From NCBI RefSeq assembly GCF_033153115.1, contig NW_026889774.1, positions 11,098,001-11,162,000 of the forward strand: a DNA stretch of 64,000 bases, written 5' to 3'. The notes under the pieces were generated by a model. It saw only the letters and a list, made by a program, of their open reading frames with translations, ran no database searches and had not been told where the DNA came from. Position 1 is the stretch's first letter; every line of letters begins with the position of its first letter. The position numbers were made by a program, and so were the translations under genes. Below are positions 29,001 to 40,352 of the stretch, piece after piece. Source of the stretch: Saccostrea echinata (Eukaryota).

Positions 29001-32000
29001 TTAACAAATCAAGTGTCCGATGGACGATCTCATTCCTCAGACAACAAATCTCACCCAGATCTCGCAAGTCGCGGTGCCTCATCAGATGAGGAAAATAGTG
29101 TGGTGACTAAAGTCGAGCGCCGCTCGCTATTAGGATTCGCTGATTCGGGCGGATTTGATGTGGACGAGTTGGATGTGAATGAATCTGTGAGTGATTCAGA
29201 AAATAGGTTACATCCAGTGGAGGATAGAGTTTCCAGGGATATATCAAGGCCAGTACACGAACCTCTCGATGACAGTAGTTATGAAGTGATAAGTGTAAAC
29301 GACCTTGACGTTGAAAATCATTTGAGTGAGGACATAGTGGATGGTGAAGGAGTGGATCAAAGATTTTCAGGAGAGGAAGAGGTGGAAGAAGAGGATATTA
29401 CCACAGAAAGTGTTCACGCCGATAACTTACAACAGGACTTTGAACAGCTAAAACGCATTGCCAAAGATATTAAATCACCTCGACATAGAGTTCAGGCTCA
29501 TGACATTCAGGAAGAAATTGAATTCGATGAGGAACCAATTGAACCTGTGACAGTGAATCGTGACGAATCAAAAAGTGAGTTTGTGTCACGGTTGTCTACA
29601 TACGACCGTTTGCATGACACAGAGAAATATTCACTTCCTGACTTTTCGGAGGATTATGAGGATAACGAATTCTTTCAAAATGAGGTGGACCCAGATCTGT
29701 TATCCATGAATCTTGCACCGATTCTTGAGGAGGATGAGGAGGACTTCCAAGAGGAGGAGAATGAGGAGGGTGTGTCCTTACATCCCAGGTTTAATGGAGG
29801 TCAGTATATATTAAGATATTACTCTAGGGACCAGAAACTTCCTCATGTTCAATCATGAAAAGTCTACAAGTATAAAACAGGAATATTAGATTATCCTAAT
29901 ATGTATTATCTCCTACAGAGAAAAGTTGGCGAGATAACTGGATCTTTAACAAATCTGGCCTCTCCCCCTTCTCCAGCCTGGGGGGTGGGGGTCTGGCAGG
30001 GAGGTCACTAGATGAAGTGTACCTCACCATCCCCCAGCCAGATGATGACATCACAGCTCGAGTTGGAAACAGGTATGGGAGCTAGGAGTATTTCAATAAT
30101 TCATCTCGTGAAATATAGCTTGCATTTAATTTTCTTTAAGGCTGTTTAAATGGTTGGGGATTTATAGGTGTGTGGGTTGTTTATCTGTTTGGGTAGGTTT
30201 AATGAAGTTGTTTTATTGCATGGCACCACAGTGAAGTTTTTCTGTTTTATGTGAAACTGGTTTAGTTAAAAATTGAAAATTCAATGCTCTCCTGTAAAGT
30301 AACTGTAAATTGCATGAACAGGTAAATTTCAGTACATTTTCAAGCATAATGGTAAGGCTGCTTAAGACCCGACCGCCAATCACATCAATTTCACAAGGTC
30401 ATTTGGACACAGACAATGTCATAGAGAGGGAAAATATGATTTTCTTTGGCTGGTCATAACTTGGTAACTGAGGAAAATTATAAGTTCATACTCTCATCAA
30501 AAAAATTGACCCATGACCCAACAATGTAATCATGAGCCTGACTCGGGCTTAGACACTAAGTCAAGGTCACTAGAAAAATTGCATGAAAAGTTTGTCAGGG
30601 TCATAAAATTCTAATGGAAAAGTAGATGGGTTATGGCAAGGGAGTCTGTTAATTTGGAGACTATCAAGACTCCCACTCATTTTCCTTTTTGTTCGAATAC
30701 AAAATTATAAACATAAAATAGTCCCGCTATGTTTGAGATGCTAAGGTCTGACTGTACAATAAAACCTTACAAAATTGTCCTCGATAACTTTAGATAACCT
30801 GTATGAAAATTACTCTAAATGAAAAGTCATTGAATCTGTGAAGAATTAATGAATATAGATGATCTTTGGAATTATTAGCAGATTAATGACATTGTTAATT
30901 TAAAGTAATTTTCCAAAGTGAAAGTTTACAACAGTATGTTTTATTTTGTTATGCTGCACCTTTTTTAGTGCTGATCAGGAAAAGGGAGAATCCAGGCAAG
31001 TGCACCGAGTGTATTCACATTTTTTTTAATACACTCAAATTTTTCATCACACTCAAAATTTTGTTTTTTTTCTTTGTGGCACATGTCTTTTATTTGTTGT
31101 ATGTTCCATGTCTTCTACCTTGCATTCTTCTTCTTAAAAAAAAAACACCTTTGTATGTTAAATCTCTTTGATTTACATGATATAATATGTATTGGGTGGG
31201 TATTGAGCTATGTATTGACAAATCAGTGGGAGATTTTATTCTTTTTGGACTATATCTTGCATTTTAATGACCCAGTTTCTTTGCACAACCTTGAATCTTT
31301 ATTCACAAAATGCTATTGCAGTCAGGTAGTTGCACAGATTTAAAGGAATCCATGAGATTGTTTAGTGTATCTGAGAGATTATGTAATTCAGTGGATCCTT
31401 AAGTTATAAACTTTGTCAAAAATTGCTGAAAATGTTTTGGTTTATATTATTGAAACTCTTTTTTGCCTTTTCAAGGTAGGATAAAAATTGAATTAGTGAA
31501 AATTTAAGAACATTTTTAAAATTTGATTTGTGAGTAGATTGATAAAATGTGTATCTACCTTCATTTGATTGTTATTCACAGGGATGTAGACCAAATGTCA
31601 GATGACCTTTCCGAAGGTCATGAAGAAAATCTGATGGACGATGAAGTTTCATTCTTTGCCAAATCTGTGGATGAAATTGCGAGGATCACAACCCGGATGA
31701 TGTCATCCTCCCCTCACCCCCGACCCCTCTCTTCCACCAGTGTCCAAACGGTGGATTCAGACACATCTATAGACACATCTATCTCTAAATATACCAGTAC
31801 CAGCACTGCTAAAACTGAGCCTACCTACATTGAGGAACTGATTCCGGCAGAGGGAGATGATCCAAAGTTTGATATCCCACCAGAGAGTGTAACAGTAAAG
31901 GAGGGGGAACCAGCCAAATTCAGCTGCAGAGTCAGTGGAACTGAACCCATAGGTAAAGTTGTACTAACCCCCCCCCCCCCCCCCACCACCACCACCACCC

Positions 32001-35000
32001 TCAAACCCCCATTAGAAAATGATATGAAAATGAGAGTTTAATGTAATTACATGAAAATGTGAAGAAATTGAATTTTCTGGGACAATCTCTGTAAACTCTA
32101 ATCATCGTGTTTAACCTGTTTCCAGCAAAACAATTTATCTTGTTCAGAAATTTATGACACTTAAATCCATCATGCAACAGGCTGCATTTATTTGAAAAAT
32201 GTTTTCCTTCCAAATCAATTCAGTCAATAATTTCTCTCTTTTTTTCACAATCCTGTCACACCTGGACATCTGGATGTGTAAATATTTGAATATGCAACAA
32301 ATTACCTCTAATGTTAACAAAGGGAAATAACTCAAGTTATATTAGGGATAGAGAGAGAAAGATGGATAGATATTATTATTTTCTATTATTATTAACAGAA
32401 GTGATATGGTACAGAGTGGAGGATGGGGATCTACAACAACTGGAGGACTCGGAAGATTATGAGTTCACTCAGGATCACAACAGACATGGTGCTACGGTGT
32501 TCAACACGGCCAAACATATGGCCGGCCAGCTGATGTGTATGGCAATCAACGAGAAAGCACACTGCTCGCAGTCCTTTATCCTCAAAGTTAAAAGTAAGAC
32601 AATCAGTGCAATGCAAAGATTGTTAAACCCCCATTCAAATGAAATTAAATTGCTGTATATTGGAATCACTTTGTCCATATGTCTGACTGTCTTAACTTTT
32701 TAGATGCCCGTCTTTCCCTGTGTCTGTAGCCCAGAAATTATCTCAAAATCTAATTGATAATTTTTCCCCCCAAACTTTGTAGAGATATGACATTTTCTGT
32801 GTTTTTGCAGACAATAACCAAGAAATGAAGAAACCAGAATTTTTGAAAGAAATTGAAGATCAAGAGGTCAAGGAAGGTCAACATGTCAAATTCAGGGCAA
32901 AAGTCAAAGGTTATCCACTTCCAAGAGTTGTTTGGTACAAAGATGGAAATTTACTGAAAAATGGTTCAAACTTCAAGATAGGTATGTGTTCAGTATCATC
33001 TATTCTATGTGTTCAACATTTTTTTTCCATTTTTTTTTTTAGCAGATGTACGTCTTTCAAAAAGAGATATATTGGTAAATTGTAAGTTATCTTTATTTAC
33101 TTGTTATTGTTTTTCAGAGAAGTTTGGAAACAGGGATTACCTTTTAAATATAGAATATGCCACCCCTGAGGAGGATGCTGAATATTGGGTTGTTGCCAAG
33201 AATGTTGCTGGGGAAACGAAATCAACAGCTCAGCTGATTGTTCAGTCCAAGGAACTTGGTATTCACCAAAATATAGTCTTAGTAGTGTTTAAAACTAATG
33301 CTATTCATATCAAAGTTTATGGCTAAAAATAGTTTTATCCATATACTGGTATTTGTATGAAGCATATAAAGAGAATCTGAATTTTAATTTCATAATTTTT
33401 TTATGCAGACTCCTCTCCCAAGACAAAAGTGATCAGCTCTACACCAATCAAAAACAAGGATGACCAGCAGCTGTCCAACATGGGGAGGAAGTTGTTTATG
33501 ACCCATGAGAAAGTGCAGGAGGAGAGTGAGAGTATGATGGAGTCGGCCAACAAGGTCAGTATAATTAGCACAGTGTTAATTAACTAACACAACAACTGTT
33601 TCTGTGGGTTAATATGTAATAGCCAGCTATTTCATTTGTAATCTAAATCAAATTAGATGTTAGATCCAGTCACATACTTACTACACTAGTGTAGAGTGGA
33701 TATAACATCTAATTTTAATTAGATTGTTTCATTTATTCAATTAAATAATCCCATCTAGAGCAAAGGTCACTTGGATAAATACAGTTTAACTTTGATGCCT
33801 TGAACATCCATATCTTGAGAAAACCATGGATTTGTAAAAAAGAGTTGGAGTTCTCAAACACTTTTTCTTTATGTATTTTAACTTAAAAATCTGAAAACCT
33901 TTCAAAATATTTTTCATTCCTATCCAGTTCAAGATAATGAATGAATTTCTAGTTAGACATACACTCTATCATCTGCTACAGTTCGAATGTTATGAAACTT
34001 TTCTTTTGAAACTTCAATTACTTGTACATCAAACTACTGAAAAATGAAAATACAAATGTAAGGATAAAATTCTCATTGTACCGGTATATTTTTTTAAAAA
34101 ATAGATATTAAAACATATTTAAATATTTCCAAGAAAAAAGTGACACTTGAATTCTGATGGGGCTTCACGTAAAACACCTTACTACTAGTTTGTGTCTTGT
34201 CTGACTTTCTCTCATTCTTGGGTGATGGGTGACTAATGCTTTGGGTACATTTGCACTAACAGCTGGCTGAAATGCACTCTTCACTGGATCAGTTTGATGC
34301 CATGCTCTCCTCATTTGAGGCTGAGATAGAAGTGTCCTCAACTCCTCACCCTTCTCCTCCCTCAGAGTTTGCAGATGAGGACCCCATGCTTAAACATGAT
34401 CTCCGTAAGAGTGTGGAGAGTTATAACAGCATGGTAAGAGCTGACCACACAACATTCTGGGTAGTTACTGGGAGGATTTCTGTGATTGTTTGGTTTTGCA
34501 TGTGTATGCACTTTCCAAATAGCCTGTTTTGCTAACTCCTTTCATTGAAAAAAATTTCTGATTTCTCTATAATTTTAAAGTAAAGTAAAGTTAAAGCTAC
34601 TTATTAATAAGTTTAAAGTTACTATGTGGTAAATTTAATAATTTTTGGAAAGAAATATTTGAAAATACATAGTCCCTTAATTGATGCAAAAGCAAAAAAC
34701 AAAAACAAAAAACTTTGCATTTTAACGCTAAACTAACACTTTCTTCATGCAGAAGGATGCAGCTTCAAATCTACGCAACACCACCTCGTCTGCTTTACAA
34801 CTGTTGAAATCCACTGAAAATCTCATCCATTCCCAACCTGAGGAGGATCTGTTTACTACAAACTCTCCCAGGGAGAGAACCTCGTCTTCCAGTTCTCAAG
34901 AGGACCAGGAAAATAACAATCTAATGAAGTCCTCCGAGAGGCAAATGGACAATGTTACTCCAGTACCTCTAACAAAAGTCCCACCCCTAGATTTCTCTGA

Positions 35001-38000
35001 ACACTCTGAAGTGACAGACAATAAACCCTTGACCTCAGAAACTGTGATAGAACCTGCCTCAAGAACACTTCAGGAATCTGTGAAAAGCAGTGATTTATCC
35101 AATGAGAATGAAGAGTTTGTGGAAAGGAGTAATTTATCCAATGAAAATGAAGAACCAATGGTGATCAATTTCGGTTCCAAGGAGGTTTCTGGGGAAATGT
35201 ATGGAAGAGATTTTTATGTGCAGGGAGAGAAGAAAAATTCTCCCAGACACTGGGAGGTGAAGCTTCCACAGTACTCTCCTCGAGGAGGAAAAGTCATGAC
35301 CCAGGAGAGTTTGGAGGCAGCAGAGGAGGAGGTGGGTATATATAGCTATAAAACTGAGGATTACCGGGGATGGGGGTTACATTTCACCCATGTAGGTCAT
35401 TTACAACAACTGGGTTATCTTATCCTAGGGAAAAAAGACATTTAAAAGGTTTAATCATAGCATTAGGGTCTATTAAATTAGATATCATCTATGAATTCAG
35501 GAATGGTGCATATTGCAGTGTATTAAACTTTTTTTGAAGCTATATTTGAGAATCAAATTTGAATACACTTGTGGAAAATTGAAAAAAATGTAGCATGTTT
35601 TGTTGCTAATTTTTGTGCCACAGATATACATAACGTACAGTCACATCTGTAATCTGGAGGAACAAATTCACAACCTAGAGTATAGGTTAAGTCACACACC
35701 CCTGTCACAAAAGAGAAAGCTGCAAGACCTAGAAGATGAGGTGGCACTTGTTGTGGCACACACAAACCTCACTGAGCAACGTGTAAGACCTGCATGTTGT
35801 TGCTGAAATGCAGCCTTTAGTTTTTTATGCCCTTCTAGCTCAGCAAAATATATCTTCTCTCTAGGTTTTTTTGAGATGCTGTTTTTCTGTACTCTGAAAT
35901 TTCTTAATGTGATCAAGTTTTTTTGTTGTACAGTTAGATGTGTTTGTGTAATACCTATCAGATTTATATTAAAGCTACTCTGCTTGTTTTGATCTGTACC
36001 CGATTCATCATTTTAATTTGTTTCTAGCATTTAAAAATCATGTATTCTCACAAAAACACAAAAAAATCCTATGCAACCTTAATGTATATATGACCTTTGA
36101 TATTCTTAACATTTCATTATATTATTATTATTTTTACAAAAATGGATGCACAGTTTTACTGTACATGTGTAGATATATTGCAGCATTTTTACTTTCTCTC
36201 CATATGACCTACTGGCCAGTTACTGGCCATTTTTACTTTTTATTAGCATGTCACAAACCATATCTGTTTTTTTTTCTTTTTATTATTTTTTTGTATACAC
36301 ATTAATGACTGTTATTTATGTACATTAGGTCATCAGTGTCGAGCAGCAGTTGGATTTGAACAGCTGTCCGTCAATCACCACCGGACACACCACGGAGGGG
36401 AGCATCAGCAGCCTATCCCCGAGTCTCTCCATAGACTCTGGATTCTCCTCCATCCGAGAAAAACCCCAGCAGACACAGATGATTGGAGAAACCAGCGAAA
36501 GGGACATTCCGGAGAGTCGCACAGAGTTCAACGAAGAAATGGGAGCTATTGAGCTGCCCTCTGTGAACCGCTTAAAGTCACTGTTCAACGCCGGGAAGGG
36601 AGACGACTCCGCATCAGTGAAGCGGGTTAGCAGACATTAACTTTTAGCATGTTGCCAAGTTATAGCTAGTGAAAAAATGGTGGCGGTTGCTTATTGACTA
36701 ACATTCACTTGAATGCTAACAAACATTGTGTAATCACATCTCATAAGATATTACATGTATTCACCTATTTTTCACATATTTTTCAATGTCATTTAAGAAC
36801 TAGTGTGTGAAGTATATTGCATCACTTCAAATGTGTCTCACAAAAAAATGTGTTCACAAAATCTGCATGAACATCACAGCCACATGTTCACAGAGCTGAT
36901 GTTCTTCAAGAAATAATAAGCTAAGCAGCAATTTTTTTTTTCTGAAAAAAAAAGAAGAGAACATTCTGTCTTACTGGTGCTAAAAAAGCTTGAAGTTGGA
37001 ATCATATATTGGCTTAATTAATATCATTTATGCTACATTAAACTAGTTCATTGCAGTAAAATGGCTCATAAGATGGATGATCAGCAAAAAAATACTAGTA
37101 ATCTTTTTAATTGTGATCAATGAGGGAAAAATTCTTACAATAAACGTAAATTTTCTGCATCCATCTTAATTAAGAGCTTATCATTTTCTAGGCTTAGATT
37201 AGAAATCTTGTCCCCTCCTCTTTTCCTTTACTACAACCTTTTAGCATATCCATTCCCCCCATGTACTAACTTAAACTTTGATCTAAAAAATAATTAATTA
37301 AATGAAAATTTGTAATTAACATTTTTTTTTTTAATTTGAGACATTTTATCCTATGGTGTTGGTTGTTACCTTCCATCCCATTCTTTGTATCCTGTTATTA
37401 ATGAGCTTTTAGTTAAATTTACATTAAGGTGCCATTATATTCTTCATTAATTTTTATAATCAGTCAGAGTACAGTGTAGCCTCATTAGTCCGAATGCCAG
37501 TAATCCAGACCATCCAGATGAAATATTTGAGGAACAATTTATATTTATATCTACCAAGTATGTTTCATTAATCCAAACTCTTCATTAATTAATCTGGATG
37601 ATTTGCTCGAGAACGCAGGCGTCGGGATTAACTAGGCGCGACTTCATATGGAAAATTATTTTATAGCTAGATTTCATATTTTTTATTAAAGTAAGTATTA
37701 GAATAATTATGACAGATTTGTCAATAAGAAATATTAACCCAATGAATCTCTTGATATGAATATGTTTAAAATGAATGTATGTAATTCTAGTCAAGAGTCA
37801 TGGTGCTTTTTTTTTCAAACCATGGTGCATACAAGATAGTAGTAGAATTCCTATGTATTTTTATTGTTATAGATATAGGGTTGTTGCTTGTTAAAGTTTG
37901 TGGTATATAACTTATTCTTGTTACAAATTCTTCATTTCTTAATAAAAATTTCCAAAATGTCATTTATTTACTATTTGCTATATATATATTTATATTTTCT

Positions 38001-40352
38001 CCTGTGGGAGAAAAAAAAAATTATGATTACCAAAATTATTTCAAAAGAATTTATGTACATGGAACTTATATTTGACTTTTAACTTTCTATATAAAAGTTC
38101 CTCTGCAAAGAGCTATTTTTTGACAGAACATCCTTTGCTTATGTTTCATTGTATACCCAAGTGCAATTTAGTACACTTTGCATGCAAGCCTAACTTTTGA
38201 TACGTAATTTACAGTTTGAAAATGTTCTAAGCTCAGGGGTGAGTAGCCATTACACAACAGATAGATGTGTGCTTTAAAACTTAACAACCTTTTGTATTGA
38301 TTCTGTTAGAATTTCATGCTACATGGAAATTAGAGAAAAGATGAGATCTAAGAGATGGCCAAGCTTTTGGATTGGAATTTGGCACCATATCTTGAAATTT
38401 TAAAAATATTTGCAAATTTGTCACATGCATGAAAAATTACTTGATGTACAAAAAAGGTTCTTTTTTGTATTCTATGTATAAACACTCTTTATAATTATTT
38501 ACAAAGTTTAGGGTAAAGATTTTATGTATATTGCAAGAATGAAAATTAAATGTTAAATGACAGTATACAATTTCTCTTTTCTACATATATGTGGCAGATT
38601 TGCAGTTTGAAGTGAAATGGGCATAGATTGAATAGAAATATTGATGCTTTTCAAAATTTAATTTGAAGATGGGCAAAAGTTTGGGTAATATTACTAATGA
38701 AGCAGTTGAATAAATTATGATCTTATGGGTTTAAAAAAATGAGGAGTGCTTATTAATTAGGTTTGCTGAAGAGAAAAATACAACTGTAGCATGGAATGAC
38801 ATAAATTTAGAACCAGATGGATTCAGTAGACTATTAGTGTTCTGTATCTCTATTTCATGCTAAATATTTCAGTTGACCATGCAGGCTTTTACTTTGAAGG
38901 ACAAAAAAAAATTCTAGCTGTTTATTTGTAGTTTTCTAAAATCTGCTTATATCAGTTGGTGACTTTTATTTCTTAATGTAGGCATTAAAAACTTGTTACA
39001 CACTATATACTGTTCCTTTCACAATATCACACATACCTTTCTGTTTTGTTTGTTTGTTTGAAATTGTTTCATTCCTCTTGATTATTTTTTTTTTCCAAAC
39101 AAAAGGGTGGGGAGGTCACAATTTATAAGGTTGCAAATACTTTTAAAAATCAACTATAGTAGTGGCACATAAGATTATGGATTTGGTTCTTGGGTGTTTT
39201 TAACGCGTTAGAAATCAATCTGGTTCTAATTCCAGTAGATTTTGTTGAGAGTTTAACATAATTTAATTGAACTCATGCAAATCTGAAGAAACATCTCAAG
39301 AAACAGGTTGGTATAAACAAGTATTGAACAATTTCAGGTTTCATAACACAAATGTAATTATGTATATTTTATTTTATACATGTATACTTCTCTTAAGAAA
39401 TACAGCTTGAAATATATTTAATAATTGTATATTCATTTATTATATATATTTAATTTATTTTCCTTTATTTTCATATGTTAATTTTCCTACATTTGATTAT
39501 AATTAGAGTTCATATGTTTTCATTTTCTTTCATTTAAATTTTATTTTATTATGCTTTACAGTATCCTTACAATTTACATTAAGTTTGCAAAAATGATCTT
39601 TTCACCAAAAAATCACTCATTTATAATGAATTCATATACGTACATGTATTTTAAAATTGAACTTGCTAAAAAAAAAAAAAAAAAACTTATTTCATGACTT
39701 TTTAAACTTGTAACCAGTTAAAGCAAATACATGTAGTTCATGCATGTGTAATATTGGTTAAAGCATTTGTAATGAATCAGAAATAATATTCCTGGATGAT
39801 TTTTAGGTACACAGTATCACTGGTCGCAGTGTTCCTAAAGAGAAGCTAGATAAATACCGAAACCTTTCATCCCCCTTAACTAAACCTGTACAATCACCAA
39901 AGCAACCCACCCCAGGAAAGAGCACTCTTACTGTGACCTTGACCTCCAAACATCCAGGGACGAAACAGCTGAATGCTGAACCTACTCAAATCTTTCCTGA
40001 AAAGAAAGGAGAATTTTTTCCCGATTCTTCCCAGCAGAAAACTCAAAATGTCACATCTACAAAGGCAGTACCTAGTACTAAAACCAAAGCTGCCCCACCA
40101 GCCCCTACTTCACAAATTAAACAGGCAGCAGTAACTCCTGCTTCAAGGACACAGACTGACTCTGGGTCAAGATCAAAAGCACCTTCCCAGAATGAACCTG
40201 GAGCTTCTTCAGCAGATGCTCAACCTAAAGGGAAAACGAGGATAAAGTCAGGATGTATAACTGCTAGAGCTTCTTTCTGGGAAAAACGAATTCATGGAGA
40301 AGAAACTAAAGAGGAAGATTATCCTGAAATGGTCGAGCATGTTGATGAATGA
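1890..40352 (+). CDS. MYRIP: Rab27 effector MyRIP/melanophilin (Slac2)-like protein with two I-set Ig domains, multi-exon gene (~1,680 aa)
   Basis: Hand-spliced exons, all GT-AG with matching phases: 1890(or 1911)-2035, 2755-2976, 6247-6374, 8866-9012, 22999-23178, 23561-23704, 24165-24248, 25627-25730, 27607-27711, 28935-29799, 29919-30072, 31582-31952, 32399-32593, 32811-32981, 33118-33258, 33409-33554, 34263-34433, 34753-35331, 35624-35782, 36329-36625, 39807-40352 (5034 nt from ATG 1911, no internal stop). SHD motifs NLEHLSDEECEKILRVLQKDFELR, C4-C4 zinc finger and [24 protein letters not shown] match MyRIP/melanophilin; C-terminal LEEQIHNLE..LQDLEDEVA matches their coiled coil. The symbol indicates family, not proven orthology. 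Confidence 0.85.
2755..2976 (+). CDS. MYRIP: MyRIP-like exon 2 (FYVE_2-type zinc finger)
   Basis: CVRC..CLTCKHYVCKRC..CHAC; TTTCAG| and AG|GTGA boundaries. Confidence 0.92.
4745..5465 (+). repeat. Decayed Helitron/HINE-type element with ~150-bp units
   Basis: CTGT/CCAT microsatellite followed by recurring GTCAAAGGTCAAGGTCA at ~4888, 5039, 5183, 5450. Confidence 0.5.
6247..6374 (+). CDS. MYRIP: MyRIP-like exon 3 (SHD2)
   Basis: [40 protein letters not shown]| and |GTGAGT. Confidence 0.92.
8866..9012 (+). CDS. MYRIP: MyRIP-like exon 4
   Basis: Phase 1-1, DNESDTGYDPSFLASLR..; TTTCAG| and G|GTCAGT. Confidence 0.8.
11582..11642 (+). CDS. Candidate alternative first coding exon (MIRGKREGQGYASWFIGLDN)
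   Basis: ACCATG start with in-frame upstream TGA; G|GTAAGA phase-1 donor compatible with downstream phase-1 exons. Confidence 0.5.
17420..17737 (+). mobile_element. Decayed second copy of the tRNA-LTR TRIM family
   Basis: Two tRNA-like segments (GGTTGGTAGAACACC.. and AGCTCAGTGGGTAGAGCATCTG..GGTTTGAATTC), each ending ATTACA, around an internal AGCCTGGGATGGTGTCTT and GGGAGGGAGA shared with 43951-44051; left boundary approximate. Confidence 0.7.
18197..18413. mobile_element. hAT-like poly-C/G MITE
   Basis: CAGTGGCGGATTTA..TGGATCTGCACCTG termini, internal C-runs; flanks ATTAT/ATAAT. Confidence 0.65.
22999..23178 (+). CDS. MYRIP: MyRIP-like symmetric (likely cassette) exon with poly-N/poly-S
   Basis: TTTTTCAG|, G|GTACTG, 180 nt, phase 1-1, open frame. 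Confidence 0.6.
23561..23704 (+). CDS. MYRIP: MyRIP-like exon
   Basis: IYKEAFEHYKETEEKKFNYKFDSLLQELYQSLE; phase 1-1. Confidence 0.82.
24165..24248 (+). CDS. MYRIP: MyRIP-like exon
   Basis: GEVLEKYRSRLRELLVGVSQRLEMAVE; phase 1-1. Confidence 0.8.
25627..25730 (+). CDS. MYRIP: MyRIP-like exon
   Basis: FDSTPSQSAVDTAQKVKKLVSKLVEESFGESIDV; |GTGAGT. Confidence 0.82.
27607..27711 (+). CDS. MYRIP: MyRIP-like exon
   Basis: TSDEAVSDLSSLSDDSCDHQVKSFEDQLAHAVVAR; |GTAAGT. Confidence 0.82.
28935..29799 (+). CDS. MYRIP: MyRIP-like large acidic exon
   Basis: Covers ORF 29013-29858; TTTTAG| and G|GTCAGT. Confidence 0.88.
29919..30072 (+). CDS. MYRIP: MyRIP-like exon (WRDNWIF motif)
   Basis: KSWRDNWIFNK..VYLTIPQPDDDITARVGN; phase 1-2. 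Confidence 0.85.
30969..30995 (+). CDS. Candidate 27-nt microexon with GC donor
   Basis: TTTTTTAG|, AG|GCAAGT, phase 2-2, adds SADQEKGES. Confidence 0.45.
31582..31952 (+). CDS. MYRIP: MyRIP-like exon, start of Ig domain 1
   Basis: PKFDIPPESVTVKEGEPAKFSCRVSGTEPI. Confidence 0.88.
32399..32593 (+). CDS. MYRIP: MyRIP-like exon, end of Ig domain 1
   Basis: VIWYR..GQLMCMAINEKAHCSQSFILKV. Confidence 0.88.
32811..32981 (+). CDS. MYRIP: MyRIP-like exon, start of Ig domain 2
   Basis: PEFLKEIEDQEVKEGQHVKFRAKVKGYPLPRVVWYKDG (I-set signature). Confidence 0.9.
33118..33258 (+). CDS. MYRIP: MyRIP-like exon, end of Ig domain 2
   Basis: YLLNIEYATPEEDAEYWVVAKNVAGETKSTAQLIV. Confidence 0.9.
33409..33554 (+). 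CDS. MYRIP: MyRIP-like exon
   Basis: Phase 1-0, open frame SSPKTKVISSTPIK..ESANK. Confidence 0.82.
34263..34433 (+). CDS. MYRIP: MyRIP-like exon
   Basis: CTAACAG| acceptor; LAEMHSSLDQFDAMLSSFE..; ATG|GTAAGA. Confidence 0.82.
34753..35331 (+). CDS. MYRIP: MyRIP-like exon
   Basis: Covers ORF 34747-35445; GAG|GTGGGT. Confidence 0.85.
35624..35782 (+). CDS. MYRIP: MyRIP-like exon (Rab_eff_C-type coiled coil)
   Basis: IYITYSHICNLEEQIHNLEYR..LQDLEDEVALVVAHTNLTEQR. Confidence 0.85.
36329..36625 (+). CDS. MYRIP: MyRIP-like exon
   Basis: VISVEQQL..ELPSVNRLKSLF..VKR; phase 0-0. Confidence 0.85.
37469..37650. mobile_element. Tc1/mariner-like MITE remnant
   Basis: TACAGTGTAGCCTCATTAGTCCG..CGGGATTAACTAGGCGCGACT imperfect inverted ends. 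Confidence 0.4.
38215..38238 (+). CDS. Candidate 24-nt microexon (FENVLSSG)
   Basis: CCTAAC branch point, TTTACAG|, GGG|GTGAGT, phase 0-0. Confidence 0.55.
39807..40352 (+). CDS. MYRIP: MyRIP-like terminal coding exon
   Basis: VHSITGRSVPKEKL..IKSGCITARASFWEKRI..VDE*; candidate ATTAAA poly(A) signal near 40944. Confidence 0.85.
   Translation, partial: VHSITGRSVPKEKLDKYRNLSSPLTKPVQSPKQPTPGKSTLTVTLTSKHPGTKQLNAEPTQIFPEKKGEFFPDSSQQKTQNVTSTKAVPSTKTKAAPPAPTSQIKQAAVTPASRTQTDSGSRSKAPSQNEPGASSADAQPKGKTRIKSGCITARASFWEKRIHGEETKEEDYPEMVEHVDE

Noticed and set aside
31547-33326. Separate titin/MLCK-like gene
   Set aside because: There are only two Ig domains and no kinase or Fn3; splice phases join them to flanking MyRIP-like exons.
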